Shown here piece by piece: positions 1 to 8,219 of a stretch of DNA of 40,722 nt; the stretch's first letter is position 1; every line of letters begins with the position of its first letter. The translations under genes and the position numbers were made by a program. This DNA is from Candidatus Altimarinota bacterium (GTDB lineage Bacteria; Patescibacteriota; Gracilibacteria; UBA4473). The notes under the pieces are model-generated. The model searched no databases and was not told the DNA's origin. It saw nothing but the letters and a program-made list of their open reading frames with translations. The stretch lies in NCBI GenBank assembly GCA_027028725.1, contig JALVIB010000013.1, positions 1-40,722 of the forward strand. Direction: 5' to 3'.

Positions 1-2
1 GG

Positions 3-161
3 TTAATTCCTTTTGGGAAAGAAAAATTCCCGCGAATTTATCGCAAAACTTCCAAAAGAGAGTTAGAAAAATTATTAAAGAAAAATGGCTTTAAAGTTCG
101 CTATTGTGAGCTATTTCGCGGGAAAAATTTTGTGGTGATTGGAGAGAAACAAACCCCTTAA
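3..161 (+). CDS. 3' end of a CDS entering from the left edge (C-terminal fragment, family uncertain; tail looks like a class I methyltransferase C-terminus)
   Basis: Frame 3 is open from the window edge to TAA at 159-161 (...KRELEKLLKKNGFKVRYCELFRGKNFVVIGEKQTP*). Too short for a firm call. Contains motif cores at 29-36 and 115-122. Confidence 0.3.
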   Translation, partial: LIPFGKEKFPRIYRKTSKRELEKLLKKNGFKVRYCELFRGKNFVVIGEKQTP

Positions 162-246
162 TCCCCTTGTCAGGGGAAATTCATTTGGAAAATTTCGCGG
201 GATTTTTTATTTTTCAATTTTCCAGATTTAATCTAAAATACCGGCG

Positions 247-1560
247 ATGTTAGATTATATCCGAAAACTAATTCCAGAAAGATCCCCTATTCGCTTGTGG
301 TACCACAAGATTTCCGCGATTTTTTCCGCGATTTTTTGGATGTTCCCTGCTGAAAAATTAAAAGTTATTGCGGTCACTGGAACTTCTGGAAAATCGACAA
401 CGGTGGAAATTATTCACCATATTTTACAAAATACTGGTCATAAATGTGGAGCACTTTCAACAATTCAGTTTCATATTGGTGATAAAGTTATCCCAAACAA
501 ATCTCTGCGAACAACTTTGCGTCCGTGGGATATTCATAAAATGTTGCGCAAAATGGTTTCCGCGAAATGCGAGTATGTGGTGATTGAAGTTTCGTCACAC
601 GCTATAGATCAGCATCGTTTATGGGGAGTAAATATTGATACAGCGGTTTTGACAAATGTTTATGACAACGAGCATTTGGATTATCACGGAACTTTTGTTG
701 ATTATCTGAAAACCAAAGAAAAATTGTTTAAGCAATTAAATTACAACAAACGCAAACCGAATGTCCGCAAACAAATGGTTTTGAATCGTGATTCTGAACA
801 TTTTGAAAATTTCGCGGATTTTAATGCTGATAAAACTTGGACTTTTGCTAAAAGAAATCAAGCTGATATTCGTGCCGAAGACCCGCAATTTACCGCGAAA
901 AATACAGCTTTTGATATTCGTGTGCCAAATAACAGCGCACATATCGATGTCCCAATGGTGGGAAATCATAATTTGGAAAATGTTTTGGCAGCTCTCGCGA
1001 CCGGGATGAGCGCCGAAATTTCGATGGCGGATATGGCCAAAGCGCTGGAAAAACTTCCCGGAATTCCAGGACGGCTAGAATCAATTAATTTAGGACAACC
1101 TTTTTCCGTAATTGTTGATTTTTCTTACAAACCAAGTGCTCTAAAAGCGATTTTTAATTCATTGGAAGATTTAACTGAGGGCAGAGTTATTGTTATTTGG
1201 GGCGGAGCTGGTGGTCGCCATATCGAAAATTGGCAAGATTCCGCGAAAATAATTGATGAATATGCGGACGAATTTATTTTAACCACAGATGATCCAGGGA
1301 TGACCGATCCCAAAGAAATCGCGAAAATAATTCGCGAGACAATTGAACGCGAGGAAGCCGACGATTTTTTTGAAATTGAAGATCGCTATGAAGCAATTCG
1401 TTACGCTATTTACACTGCTCAACCTGGCGATACTGTGTTAATCGCGGGACGCGGACATGAGGAAATTCAGACTATTGGCAAAAAGAAAATAAAATTTGAT
1501 GACCGCGAAATAGCCCGCGAAATTTTGCAGTTTGCAGCAGATCATCAGTTGGAAGACTAG
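247..1560 (+). CDS. murE: Mur ligase, MurE type (UDP-MurNAc-L-Ala-D-Glu:diamino acid ligase) with a short N-terminal domain
   Basis: 437-aa ORF. P-loop VTGTSGKSTT. MurE-like blocks DNEHLDYHGTF, GNHNLENVLAALA, PGRLE, VDFSYKPSAL, TTDDPGMTDP, DRYEAI...AGRGHEEIQ. TAG stop. Confidence 0.8.
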   Translation: MLDYIRKLIPERSPIRLWYHKISAIFSAIFWMFPAEKLKVIAVTGTSGKSTTVEIIHHILQNTGHKCGALSTIQFHIGDKVIPNKSLRTTLRPWDIHKMLRKMVSAKCEYVVIEVSSHAIDQHRLWGVNIDTAVLTNVYDNEHLDYHGTFVDYLKTKEKLFKQLNYNKRKPNVRKQMVLNRDSEHFENFADFNADKTWTFAKRNQADIRAEDPQFTAKNTAFDIRVPNNSAHIDVPMVGNHNLENVLAALATGMSAEISMADMAKALEKLPGIPGRLESINLGQPFSVIVDFSYKPSALKAIFNSLEDLTEGRVIVIWGGAGGRHIENWQDSAKIIDEYADEFILTTDDPGMTDPKEIAKIIRETIEREEADDFFEIEDRYEAIRYAIYTAQPGDTVLIAGRGHEEIQTIGKKKIKFDDREIAREILQFAADHQLED

Positions 1561-1576
1561 AGATTAATTAATAGTT

Positions 1577-1692
1577 GTCATTGCGAGGAATGAGGAACGA
1601 ATGACGAAGCAATCTGCTTCTTTGTTTTGCGAAAAAAATTAGCTAAAAATTTGAAGTAGATTGCCACGGTCGTTTCACTCCCTCGCAATGAC
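1577..1692. mobile_element. MITE-like element with 12-bp perfect terminal inverted repeats GTCATTGCGAGG / CCTCGCAATGAC
   Basis: TIRs read directly. Internal GAAGCAATCT ... AGATTGCCACG blocks are shared with the copy at 4171-4298. Non-coding. Lies between murE and argH. Confidence 0.7.
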
Positions 1693-1795
1693 GATATAAA
1701 TAAATTTTTCGCGGGATTTTTATTTGCAATTTTTCGCTCGGAGTAGAAAATTATTGAGATGCGAATTTTCGCGGAATTCTCTAACCCCCACTAAA

Positions 1796-3130
1796 ATGTC
1801 GGACAAAAAAGACACTATCAAAAAGAAAATTTGGTTCAAAGATGGTGCTGTTGAACTAAACCGAATTATTGAAGAATACAACGCCGGTGAGGACATTCTT
1901 TATGATCAAATGATGATTGGAGATGATGTCTGGTGTAGTCGTTGTTATGCGCAACTTTTGGAAAAACATGACTTAATAACACCAGAAGAATTGGCTCAAC
2001 TAGAGCAAGGTTTAGACGAGATTCTGGAACTTTGGGAAAAAGGAGAATTTCAATTACGAGTAGAAGACGAAGATTGTCATACAAAAATTGAGGAATACTT
2101 AATTGAAAGATTTGGGGACACTGGAAAGAAAATTCACACTGGACGATCACGAAATGACCAAGTACTAGTGATGATGCGGTATTTTTTGAAAAATAAGGCG
2201 ACAAAAATCCGCGAAAATATTCTAGATTTAGCGGAATATTTTTTGAAATTCGCGAAAGAATACGAGTTTGTGCCAATGCCGGGATATACTCACATGCAAA
2301 AAGCAATGCCGACAAGTGTCGGGACTTGGGCAAGTTCGTTTGTGGAGTCTTTGCTTGATGATGCACGACTTTTGACCGTGATTACGGACGAAATAATTGA
2401 CCAAAATCCGCTCGGATCAGGAGCTGGATATGGTTCGCCATTTGATTTTGATCGCGATTGGTTGAGTGAAAAACTTGGTTTCAGCCGAACACAAATTAAT
2501 CCGATTTACTGCCAAAATTCTCGCGGGAAATTTGAAGGACTAGTCTTGGAAGCGTGTTGTAACATTATGCTGACTTTAAACAAATTTGCTTCGGATATGC
2601 TTTTCTTTACGACACAAGAATTTCAGTTTTTCAAAATGGATGATTCGATTGCGACTGGTTCTTCCATTATGCCACAAAAGAAAAACCTTGATGTTGCGGA
2701 GTTAATTCGCGGGCGAACAGCAACAGTTTTTGCTTGTCGTCAGGAAATTGCGACTAATACGCTAAACAAAATTTTGGGATATCATCGTGACGGACAAGAG
2801 ATGAAACGACCGCTTTTCCTTGGTTTGCGATATACCGATATGTCGATTGATGCGGCCAAAGCAATTATCGCAAACATTGAACCGAACGAAGAAGTTATGA
2901 TTGAATCGATGATAGCTTCGCCGGGATTATTCGCCGCACACAAAGCGTTTGAATTGGTTAAACAAGGTATGACTTTCCGTGATGCTTATCGTCAAATTGG
3001 ATCAAATATTCAAGGTATTGAAATTTCTCCCGAAGAAATTCGCGAGATGTTGAAACAATCAACTCACCAAGGTGGGACTGGTAACCTTCAACTTGATAAA
3101 CTAGAAGAACAAATCAAAGCAATGCGGTAA
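1796..3130 (+). CDS. argH: argininosuccinate lyase (fumarate-lyase superfamily)
   Basis: Signature blocks HTGRSRNDQV, GYTHMQKAMP, GSSIMPQKKNLDVAELIRG. I prefer the ATG at 1796 (MSDKKD...) over the TTG at 1724, because the 24-aa extension is read through a repeat-filled spacer. Confidence 0.85.
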   Translation: MSDKKDTIKKKIWFKDGAVELNRIIEEYNAGEDILYDQMMIGDDVWCSRCYAQLLEKHDLITPEELAQLEQGLDEILELWEKGEFQLRVEDEDCHTKIEEYLIERFGDTGKKIHTGRSRNDQVLVMMRYFLKNKATKIRENILDLAEYFLKFAKEYEFVPMPGYTHMQKAMPTSVGTWASSFVESLLDDARLLTVITDEIIDQNPLGSGAGYGSPFDFDRDWLSEKLGFSRTQINPIYCQNSRGKFEGLVLEACCNIMLTLNKFASDMLFFTTQEFQFFKMDDSIATGSSIMPQKKNLDVAELIRGRTATVFACRQEIATNTLNKILGYHRDGQEMKRPLFLGLRYTDMSIDAAKAIIANIEPNEEVMIESMIASPGLFAAHKAFELVKQGMTFRDAYRQIGSNIQGIEISPEEIREMLKQSTHQGGTGNLQLDKLEEQIKAMR

Positions 3131-3138
3131 AATAAAAT

Positions 3139-3146
3139 CCCGCGAA
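3139..3146 (+). repeat. short motif core CCCGCGAA, 8 nt after the argH stop
   Basis: TAAAATAAAATCCCGCGAAATAT. Confidence 0.9.
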
Positions 3147-3168
3147 ATATTTTATAACCCCCTTAAAA

Positions 3169-4143
3169 ATGGCTGAACCATGGAACATGCTCGAACTTCT
3201 CCGCGAAAAAATCAAAGCAAAAGGTGGACCTGTTTGTTGTCATGCGCATTTTGATAAAGCGTATGTGGTTACGCCAGAAACTTTGCAAATGTGTAACGAT
3301 CACATGGAAGTAAAATGGGATTTATGGAAAGAGGTTAAAGAAAACTACACTCACAAAGATTTAGTAGAAAGAATTTCGCGGAGTGCGCAAAATTTTGTAA
3401 ACCAAGGTTGCGATATCGTGCGGACAAATATTGATGTTGATGCAACTGTTGGAATGAAATGTATTGAAGCCGCGCTAGAAGTTAAGGAAAAATTCGCGGG
3501 AAAAATTGATATTCAAATTGTTTCACAAGTTTTGGAAGGCGCTCTAACACCGGAAGCGCAAAAGATGATTGAAAAAGCCGCGAAATATGTTGATGTCTTG
3601 GGCGGACTCCCCTCTCGTGATCGACCACATGAAAACGAGCATTTAGATTTCTTGTTCGATCTCGCGAAAAGAATGAATAAAACGGTTGATGTTCACATTG
3701 ACCAAAATAATGATCCCGACGAACGCGATACGGAATTGTTGGTTAAAGCAGTTATCAGAAATGGCATGCAGGGACGAGTGAACGCGATCCATTCTTGTTC
3801 GCTAGCTGCTCAACCTGATGAGTATATTCGCGATGTTGCACAAATGCTTAAAGAAGCAGATATGAGCGTGGTTGTTTGTCCGCGAGCGATGATTGATAAT
3901 CAGCAACCGCGACATAAAACAGGACCAATTCATAACTCAATTGCACCAGTTCCACACTTGATTGAAGCCGGCGTAAATGTTGCACTAGGAGTGGACAATG
4001 TTTATGACTTTTTCTGTCCGTTTATTGATGGAAACTTGTTTACAGAATTAGTTTTCTTGTTGGAAACTACGCGATTTTACGATGTTGATAAACTTGTAGA
4101 TATCGCGACAACTAACGGACGAAAGGTTTTGGAGAATGTTTAA
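3169..4143 (+). CDS. metal-dependent amidohydrolase, cytosine-deaminase-like
   Basis: 324 aa. HxH motif (CCHAHFD), VHIDQ, HSCSL and GVDNVYD blocks are spaced as in the amidohydrolase TIM-barrel fold (CodA-like). Substrate not inferable. Confidence 0.55.
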   Translation: MAEPWNMLELLREKIKAKGGPVCCHAHFDKAYVVTPETLQMCNDHMEVKWDLWKEVKENYTHKDLVERISRSAQNFVNQGCDIVRTNIDVDATVGMKCIEAALEVKEKFAGKIDIQIVSQVLEGALTPEAQKMIEKAAKYVDVLGGLPSRDRPHENEHLDFLFDLAKRMNKTVDVHIDQNNDPDERDTELLVKAVIRNGMQGRVNAIHSCSLAAQPDEYIRDVAQMLKEADMSVVVCPRAMIDNQQPRHKTGPIHNSIAPVPHLIEAGVNVALGVDNVYDFFCPFIDGNLFTELVFLLETTRFYDVDKLVDIATTNGRKVLENV

Positions 4144-4146
4144 AAT

Positions 4147-4154
4147 CCCGCGAA
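4147..4154 (+). repeat. short motif core; the amidohydrolase stop codon is part of the motif flank
   Basis: TAAAATCCCGCGAAATTTT, with TAA at 4141-4143. Confidence 0.9.
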
Positions 4155-4170
4155 ATTTTCCACTTATTCC

Positions 4171-4298
4171 GTCATTGCGATCCCGCTCTGCGGGGGAAGC
4201 AATCTACTCCCTCGAACCAGTCATCTACTATAAATCTAGCTAAATTAATAAACAAAGAAGGAGATTGCCACGCTCCACTATGTTCCGCTCGCAATGAC
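4171..4298. mobile_element. MITE-like element, second copy (GTCATTGCGA ... TCGCAATGAC)
   Basis: 10-bp perfect TIR. Shares GAAGCAATCT and AGATTGCCACG with 1577-1692. Lies between the amidohydrolase stop and the terminator hairpin. Confidence 0.7.
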
Positions 4299-4302
4299 AA
4301 AT

Positions 4303-4337
4303 AAAAAAAGTCCAAACCTGCGGTTTGGACTTTTTTT
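4303..4337. terminator. bidirectional Rho-independent terminator between the convergent amidohydrolase and lipoprotein genes
   Basis: AAAAAAA-GTCCAAACC-TGC-GGTTTGGAC-TTTTTTT: 9-bp perfect stem, 3-nt loop, A-run and T-run on either side. Confidence 0.8.
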
Positions 4338-4343
4338 AAAAAT

Positions 4344-4351
4344 TTCGCGGG
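4344..4351 (-). repeat. short motif core, 4 nt after the lipoprotein stop (sense orientation)
   Basis: Minus-strand reading is TAAAAATCCCGCGAAATTTTT. Confidence 0.9.
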
Positions 4352-4355
4352 ATTT

Positions 4356-4907
4356 TTAGAATTCGTCAGAGTTAGCGAAAGCTTCCATAGATTTTAATCC
4401 TAATTCAAGAGTGGCAAGTGTTGCTTTTTTATCAACTTCAGTCCAGTCTCCAAATTCTTCATCTGGATTAAACTCTTTATCTTCTTCGTCAGGCAATCCT
4501 AATTCGTCAGACAATTCATCTGCTTTTTTATAACAAATAATTGCTCCTTCTTTTGTCTCTGCTTCTTCTAGACATGATTTATAAAAAGTCATTACTTGAA
4601 TTGATTTAGGCAAATTTTCTTTCATTTTATTTAATTCATCTTTCATCGCTCCCATAGCATTTCCATTCGCCAAAGCTTCTTTCATAGAATCCCCCACCTC
4701 ATCGCTATACTCATCTCCCATGGCTTCTTTCATTCCTTCCGCCATTTTGTCTGCCATTTCGTCATTGGTCATAGTTGTTACTTTGTCTAATTTTTCCGCG
4801 ACTTTATCGGCTAATTCATTACCGCGTTTTTCGGTTTCTGTTTGTCCACAAGCGGTCAAAGAAACAGCCAACGCCAACACAAAGGTGATTGTTAATAGTT
4901 TTTTCAT
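4356..4907 (-). CDS. acidic lipoprotein, unknown function
   Basis: Internal start MKKLLTITFVLALAVSLTAC gives a signal peptide with a lipobox (LTAC). The upstream 21 codons of the tracked ORF look spurious. The rest is E/D/K/M-rich. Confidence 0.6.
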   Translation of the reverse strand: MKKLLTITFVLALAVSLTACGQTETEKRGNELADKVAEKLDKVTTMTNDEMADKMAEGMKEAMGDEYSDEVGDSMKEALANGNAMGAMKDELNKMKENLPKSIQVMTFYKSCLEEAETKEGAIICYKKADELSDELGLPDEEDKEFNPDEEFGDWTEVDKKATLATLELGLKSMEAFANSDEF

Positions 4908-4975
4908 TTTATTAAAAGTTAGAAAATATAAAGTTTGGGCAATTCTAAAACTGCTTATCAGATAAGTCAAAAATT

Positions 4976-5015
4976 AAAAATCCCGCGCTGTGCCCCGCAA
5001 GGCGGTGGAAATTTT
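4976..5015 (+). repeat. composite element copy a (intergenic, abuts trmD stop)
   Basis: AAAAATCCCGCG-CTGTGCCCCGCAAGGCGGTGG-AAATTTT: short motif split by a 21-nt cassette. Confidence 0.9.
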
Positions 5016-5667
5016 ACTGGCAATTATCCTTTCGCCATTGTTCAATCTTGGCGTGATGTCCCGACAGGAGAACTTCAGGAACTTTTAACCCGCGAAAATT
5101 TTCTGGGCGCGTATAGTGTGGATACTCTATTTTTCCATCTAATTTCGCGGAAAAAGACTCTTCCTGATGACTTTCTTCTTTGCCCAGAACATCAGGCAAA
5201 AGTCGCGCTACCGCATCAATAAAAATTTGCGCGGGTAGTTCTCCGCCAGTCAAAACAAAGTTCCCAATAGAAATTTCCATATCAACTAATTCATCGCGAA
5301 CTCGCTGATCAATTCCTTCATAATGTCCGCAGAGCAAAATAACTCGGTCAAAATCCCGCGAAATTTTTTCCGCCATTTCTTGATTAAATATTTCTTTACT
5401 TGGCGTGAAAAAAATCACTGGTGCCTTGTCTTTTTCCAAATTTTTGACATGCTCAATACTATCAAACAATGGTTGACAAGTCATCAACATTCCCGCTCCG
5501 CCACCATAAGGAACATCGTCCACTTTTTTATGTTTGTTTTTAGAAAATTCGCGAATATCCCACAACCTTACTTCAAATTTTTTCTCCTCAATCGCTCGTC
5601 CAATAATAGAAGTCGATAAAAAACTTTCAAAAGCTTCGGGGAAAAGTGTTAAAACTTCAAATTTCAT
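5014..5667 (-). CDS. trmD: tRNA (guanine37-N1)-methyltransferase
   Basis: MKFEVLTLFPE..., DDVPYGGGAGMLM, LLCGHYEGIDQRV, ISIGNFVLTGGELPA, YTRPENFRGLKVPEVLLSGHH: full set of TrmD (SPOUT) blocks. Confidence 0.93.
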   Translation of the reverse strand: MKFEVLTLFPEAFESFLSTSIIGRAIEEKKFEVRLWDIREFSKNKHKKVDDVPYGGGAGMLMTCQPLFDSIEHVKNLEKDKAPVIFFTPSKEIFNQEMAEKISRDFDRVILLCGHYEGIDQRVRDELVDMEISIGNFVLTGGELPAQIFIDAVARLLPDVLGKEESHQEESFSAKLDGKIEYPHYTRPENFRGLKVPEVLLSGHHAKIEQWRKDNCQ

Positions 5668-5824
5668 CAGCTGATTTATAGCATTTTTTCGAGTTTTGCA
5701 AAATTTCCTGCCTAACTTGTTGTTTTAGTTTTACCTGCCGGCAGGCAGGCGCGGGAATTTTAGAATAAACTTAAAAGTAAAAAAGTCGAAGAGACAAAAA
5801 ACTCCAAATTTTTCACTTCGGAAA

Positions 5825-5848
5825 GCGCGGTCACGTGACCGCGCCTAC
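5825..5848 (-). repeat. REP-like hairpin (GTAG + 20-nt perfect palindrome)
   Basis: GCGCGGTCACGTGACCGCGC followed by CTAC (the complement reads GTAG-GCGCGGTCACGTGACCGCGC). Confidence 0.8.
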
Positions 5849-5866
5849 AAAGAAGTAATTACTTTT

Positions 5867-5892
5867 AGGGCTGGCACAAGACCAGCCCCTAC
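5867..5892 (-). repeat. REP-like hairpin
   Basis: AGGGCTGG-CACAAGA-CCAGCCCCTAC. The complement starts with GTAGGGGCTGG. Confidence 0.75.
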
Positions 5893-6001
5893 ATTTTCTT
5901 CTGACCCCCAAATTTCTATCCTTTTTCAGCGAGAATTCCCGCGAAATTTTGATTTTTTAGAAAAAAAATTATAAAGTTGGAGTGTAAATAAACCCCCCTT
6001 T

Positions 6002-7810
6002 ATGAAAAAAAGAATAATCGCTTTCGTTTTAATTTTAACTTGTGGACTTGCACTTGTCCCACAGGCAAATGCTTTCCGCAGTAGATACGCTGATTTTTGG
6101 GCACAACTTTTTGGACACCATTTCAGCAACAAAAATCCCGCGAAAAAAACAATTTCGCCTTATGCTCGACGGACTACTCGCCGAACTATTAAAAGAAAGC
6201 CATTTTCGCGACTATCAAAGAGACGTTTATTATTTTCCCCCTTCGCCAAGGCTACGGCGGACAGGTCACGGGATTTTCGAAACCGTTATAATCTAAATCG
6301 GCAAAATAACACAACTGGATTGATCGCGACAATTTCGCCAACTACTCCACATCAAAGTATTTACAAAGTTACCGACGATCCGGTTAGTGTTTTTAAAATT
6401 GGTGTTCGCAATAATTCCCGCACCAGTTCGACTAAATTTCCCGCGAATTTTTTGTTGGACAAAGCGGAATTTCAACTTTTTTCTAGAAACGGAATTTTTA
6501 CCGATCCCAGCGATTTTGATTTAGTGGTGAATGGCGAATCTTTTCAGTTTGATAAAAATGGAAAAGCGACAATTAGATTCAACAATGCCAGACTGGCGGA
6601 AGGCGAAAGTTTAGAACTAGATGTTGCGATAAAAGCTGATGATCCGGACAATATGTTACATCAAAACGGAAGTGCAAAATTGCGCTTACTAAATATTACG
6701 GCAAAAAAAGAATTTTCGCGGGATTTTGTGCCAGTTCTTATTCGCGGAAGCCGTATTTCGAAACTTATTTCCTATTTGCCAACACCAGTTGTCAGTAGTA
6801 GCGGAAATTCGACAATTGTTTCAACTGCCGGTTCGTCAATTTACGGCGACTTAATTTTAGCTGGTGAAGAAAAATTTGTTTTAGCGGTTCATATGAATGC
6901 GAGTTACGACGATTTGGCGATTCGAAAAATGACGGTTCACAATGTTTATGGCAACCTGATTGATTCGCAAGTTCAGGAAATTCAAGCCGTAAATCTTTTG
7001 ACCGGAGAACTTTTGGATACTGCGATGTTTACTAACGGTGAAGCACGATTTCAGTTTTCGCCACGCGTAATTATCCCACGAAATGGTTCGGGAAAAATTG
7101 GGTTCAAGGTAAAAACCCGCGAAAATCCGCGAAATCATGGTGATCGGCGTTTGAAACTAACTTTGTCAGCCAACGATGTTTTGGTAGAAAGTTTATCTAA
7201 TGGTCGCGAATTACCGAATTCTCACAAAAATTTCAATATTGATTCTTACGATTTTGTGGTTGTGCGAAGTTCACTAGAAGTTTCTCCGCAAAATCAACCT
7301 AACAATTTTTCAATTGGAACAGGAAGCCCAGAAGGAGTTTATAATTTCGCAATAAATTCGCGGGATTCTGCAGAGCTAGCACGAATTAGTTTTGATGTTT
7401 ATCCAAACGGCTTACAATTTGCTGGAGGAAGCATTTCCCCAGACGATTTTGAGTTAGTCGAAGTTTATGGAAATCACGAAGAAAATCTAAACACAAATAT
7501 TTCAGTTAGCGGAAATAAAGTCACTTTTGATTTCGTAAATCCTCTTTCTTTCTTTCAAAATTCCGCGAAAAATTTCCGTTTAAAAGTTGCCTTGGATGAA
7601 TTAGGTGCGAGCAATGATAATGATGGAGTTTCTGTGCGAATTTCTAGCGATGGAAGTTATATTAACAATACTTTAAATTCAGTGCGTACCAGTGGAGCCA
7701 ACTTCATTTGGTCAGACGAATCCGCCAGTCCACACTCAACAAATAGTGATGACTGGTTTAGCGGATACCGAATGAATTTTCCATCTAATTCAGTTTATAT
7801 TAAGCGATAA
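6002..7810 (+). CDS. secreted protein, unknown function
   Basis: 602 aa. Signal peptide MKKRIIAFVLILTCGLALVPQANA. A basic, low-complexity N-terminal stretch partly encoded by repeats, then a beta-rich region with no motif I recognise. Confidence 0.6.
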   Translation: MKKRIIAFVLILTCGLALVPQANAFRSRYADFWAQLFGHHFSNKNPAKKTISPYARRTTRRTIKRKPFSRLSKRRLLFSPFAKATADRSRDFRNRYNLNRQNNTTGLIATISPTTPHQSIYKVTDDPVSVFKIGVRNNSRTSSTKFPANFLLDKAEFQLFSRNGIFTDPSDFDLVVNGESFQFDKNGKATIRFNNARLAEGESLELDVAIKADDPDNMLHQNGSAKLRLLNITAKKEFSRDFVPVLIRGSRISKLISYLPTPVVSSSGNSTIVSTAGSSIYGDLILAGEEKFVLAVHMNASYDDLAIRKMTVHNVYGNLIDSQVQEIQAVNLLTGELLDTAMFTNGEARFQFSPRVIIPRNGSGKIGFKVKTRENPRNHGDRRLKLTLSANDVLVESLSNGRELPNSHKNFNIDSYDFVVVRSSLEVSPQNQPNNFSIGTGSPEGVYNFAINSRDSAELARISFDVYPNGLQFAGGSISPDDFELVEVYGNHEENLNTNISVSGNKVTFDFVNPLSFFQNSAKNFRLKVALDELGASNDNDGVSVRISSDGSYINNTLNSVRTSGANFIWSDESASPHSTNSDDWFSGYRMNFPSNSVYIKR

Positions 7811-7811
7811 T

Positions 7812-7819
7812 TTCGCGGG
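7812..7819 (-). repeat. short motif core, 1 nt after the 602-aa gene stop
   Basis: TAATTTCGCGGGATTTTGG. Confidence 0.9.
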
Positions 7820-7860
7820 ATTTTGGAAAGTCGCGCCTACAATTTTTCACACTTCTGAAA

Positions 7861-7884
7861 GCGCGGTCACGTGACCGCGCCTAA
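7861..7884 (-). repeat. REP-like hairpin, same palindrome as 5825-5844 with a variant head
   Basis: GCGCGGTCACGTGACCGCGC followed by CTAA instead of CTAC. Confidence 0.75.
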
Positions 7885-7905
7885 AAGAAAATCGCAACTT
7901 GGAAA

Positions 7906-7929
7906 GCGCGACGGCGCCGTCGCGCCTAC
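7906..7929 (-). repeat. REP-like hairpin
   Basis: GCGCGACGGCGCCGTCGCGC + CTAC. Identical to the copy at 9511-9534. Confidence 0.8.
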
Positions 7930-7951
7930 AAAAAAGGAATTATTTTAAATT

Positions 7952-7977
7952 AGGGACGGTTTTAAACCGTCCCCTAC
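7952..7977 (-). repeat. REP-like hairpin
   Basis: AGGGACGG-TTTTAAA-CCGTCCCCTAC. Confidence 0.75.
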
Positions 7978-8170
7978 ATTCCTCAGACCTCTGAATTTCT
8001 CCCCTTCTTCCGTGAAATTCCCGCGAAATTTTTACTCCGCATCAGTGTACTAGTACATTAGTTCAGCCAAATCACTTTCTTATCTTATAAACTTATTGTC
8101 TTGTAAACTTGTGAACTCGTAAACCAACTCTTTATCTTTTCGACTTTTTAGCTTTTGAGCTGTCCTAAAT

Positions 8171-8198
8171 ATTAACTTTTAACTATTAACTATTAATT
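8171..8198 (+). repeat. AACTATTAAC tandem module
   Basis: ATTAACTTTTAACTATTAACTATTAATTT followed by CCCCAAAATCCCGCGAAATTT. Just 3' of the mraY stop. Confidence 0.8.
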
Positions 8199-8208
8199 TC
8201 CCCAAAAT

Positions 8209-8216
8209 CCCGCGAA
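8209..8216 (+). repeat. short motif core, 3 nt after the mraY stop
   Basis: Minus-strand reading is TAAAATTTCGCGGGATTTTGGGG. Confidence 0.9.
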
Positions 8217-8219
8217 ATT

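Noticed and set aside
1724-1795. N-terminal extensions given by the ORF track for argH (1724), the lipoprotein (to 4970), galU (to 18146), hicB (to 20260) and the 1,796-aa gene (to 37487).
   Set aside because: The extensions are encoded by spacer repeats, or they create gene overlaps, or they precede an obvious native N-terminus (signal peptide MKKLL, MKKITKAILPVAG, MKNLTIF). Internal ATG starts are preferred, though the exact starts remain unverified.
6241-6290. Possible eleventh, degenerate composite element (GCCAAGGCTACGGCGGACAGGTCACGGGATTTT, translated AKATADRSRDF) in the 602-aa gene.
   Set aside because: Only the right flank (GGGATTTT) and a loose GC-rich stretch match. It may belong to a different hairpin family, and it is too divergent to call by eye.
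7826-8030. Possible CRISPR array: several hairpin-containing units with GGAAAG...CCTACAA flanks recur at ~35-45-nt spacing here and at 9373-9610.
   Set aside because: The 'repeats' differ in sequence and only the flanks are shared. Spacing is irregular, the 'spacers' are themselves repeated modules, and there are no cas genes. The pattern fits REP/BIME-like mosaics better.
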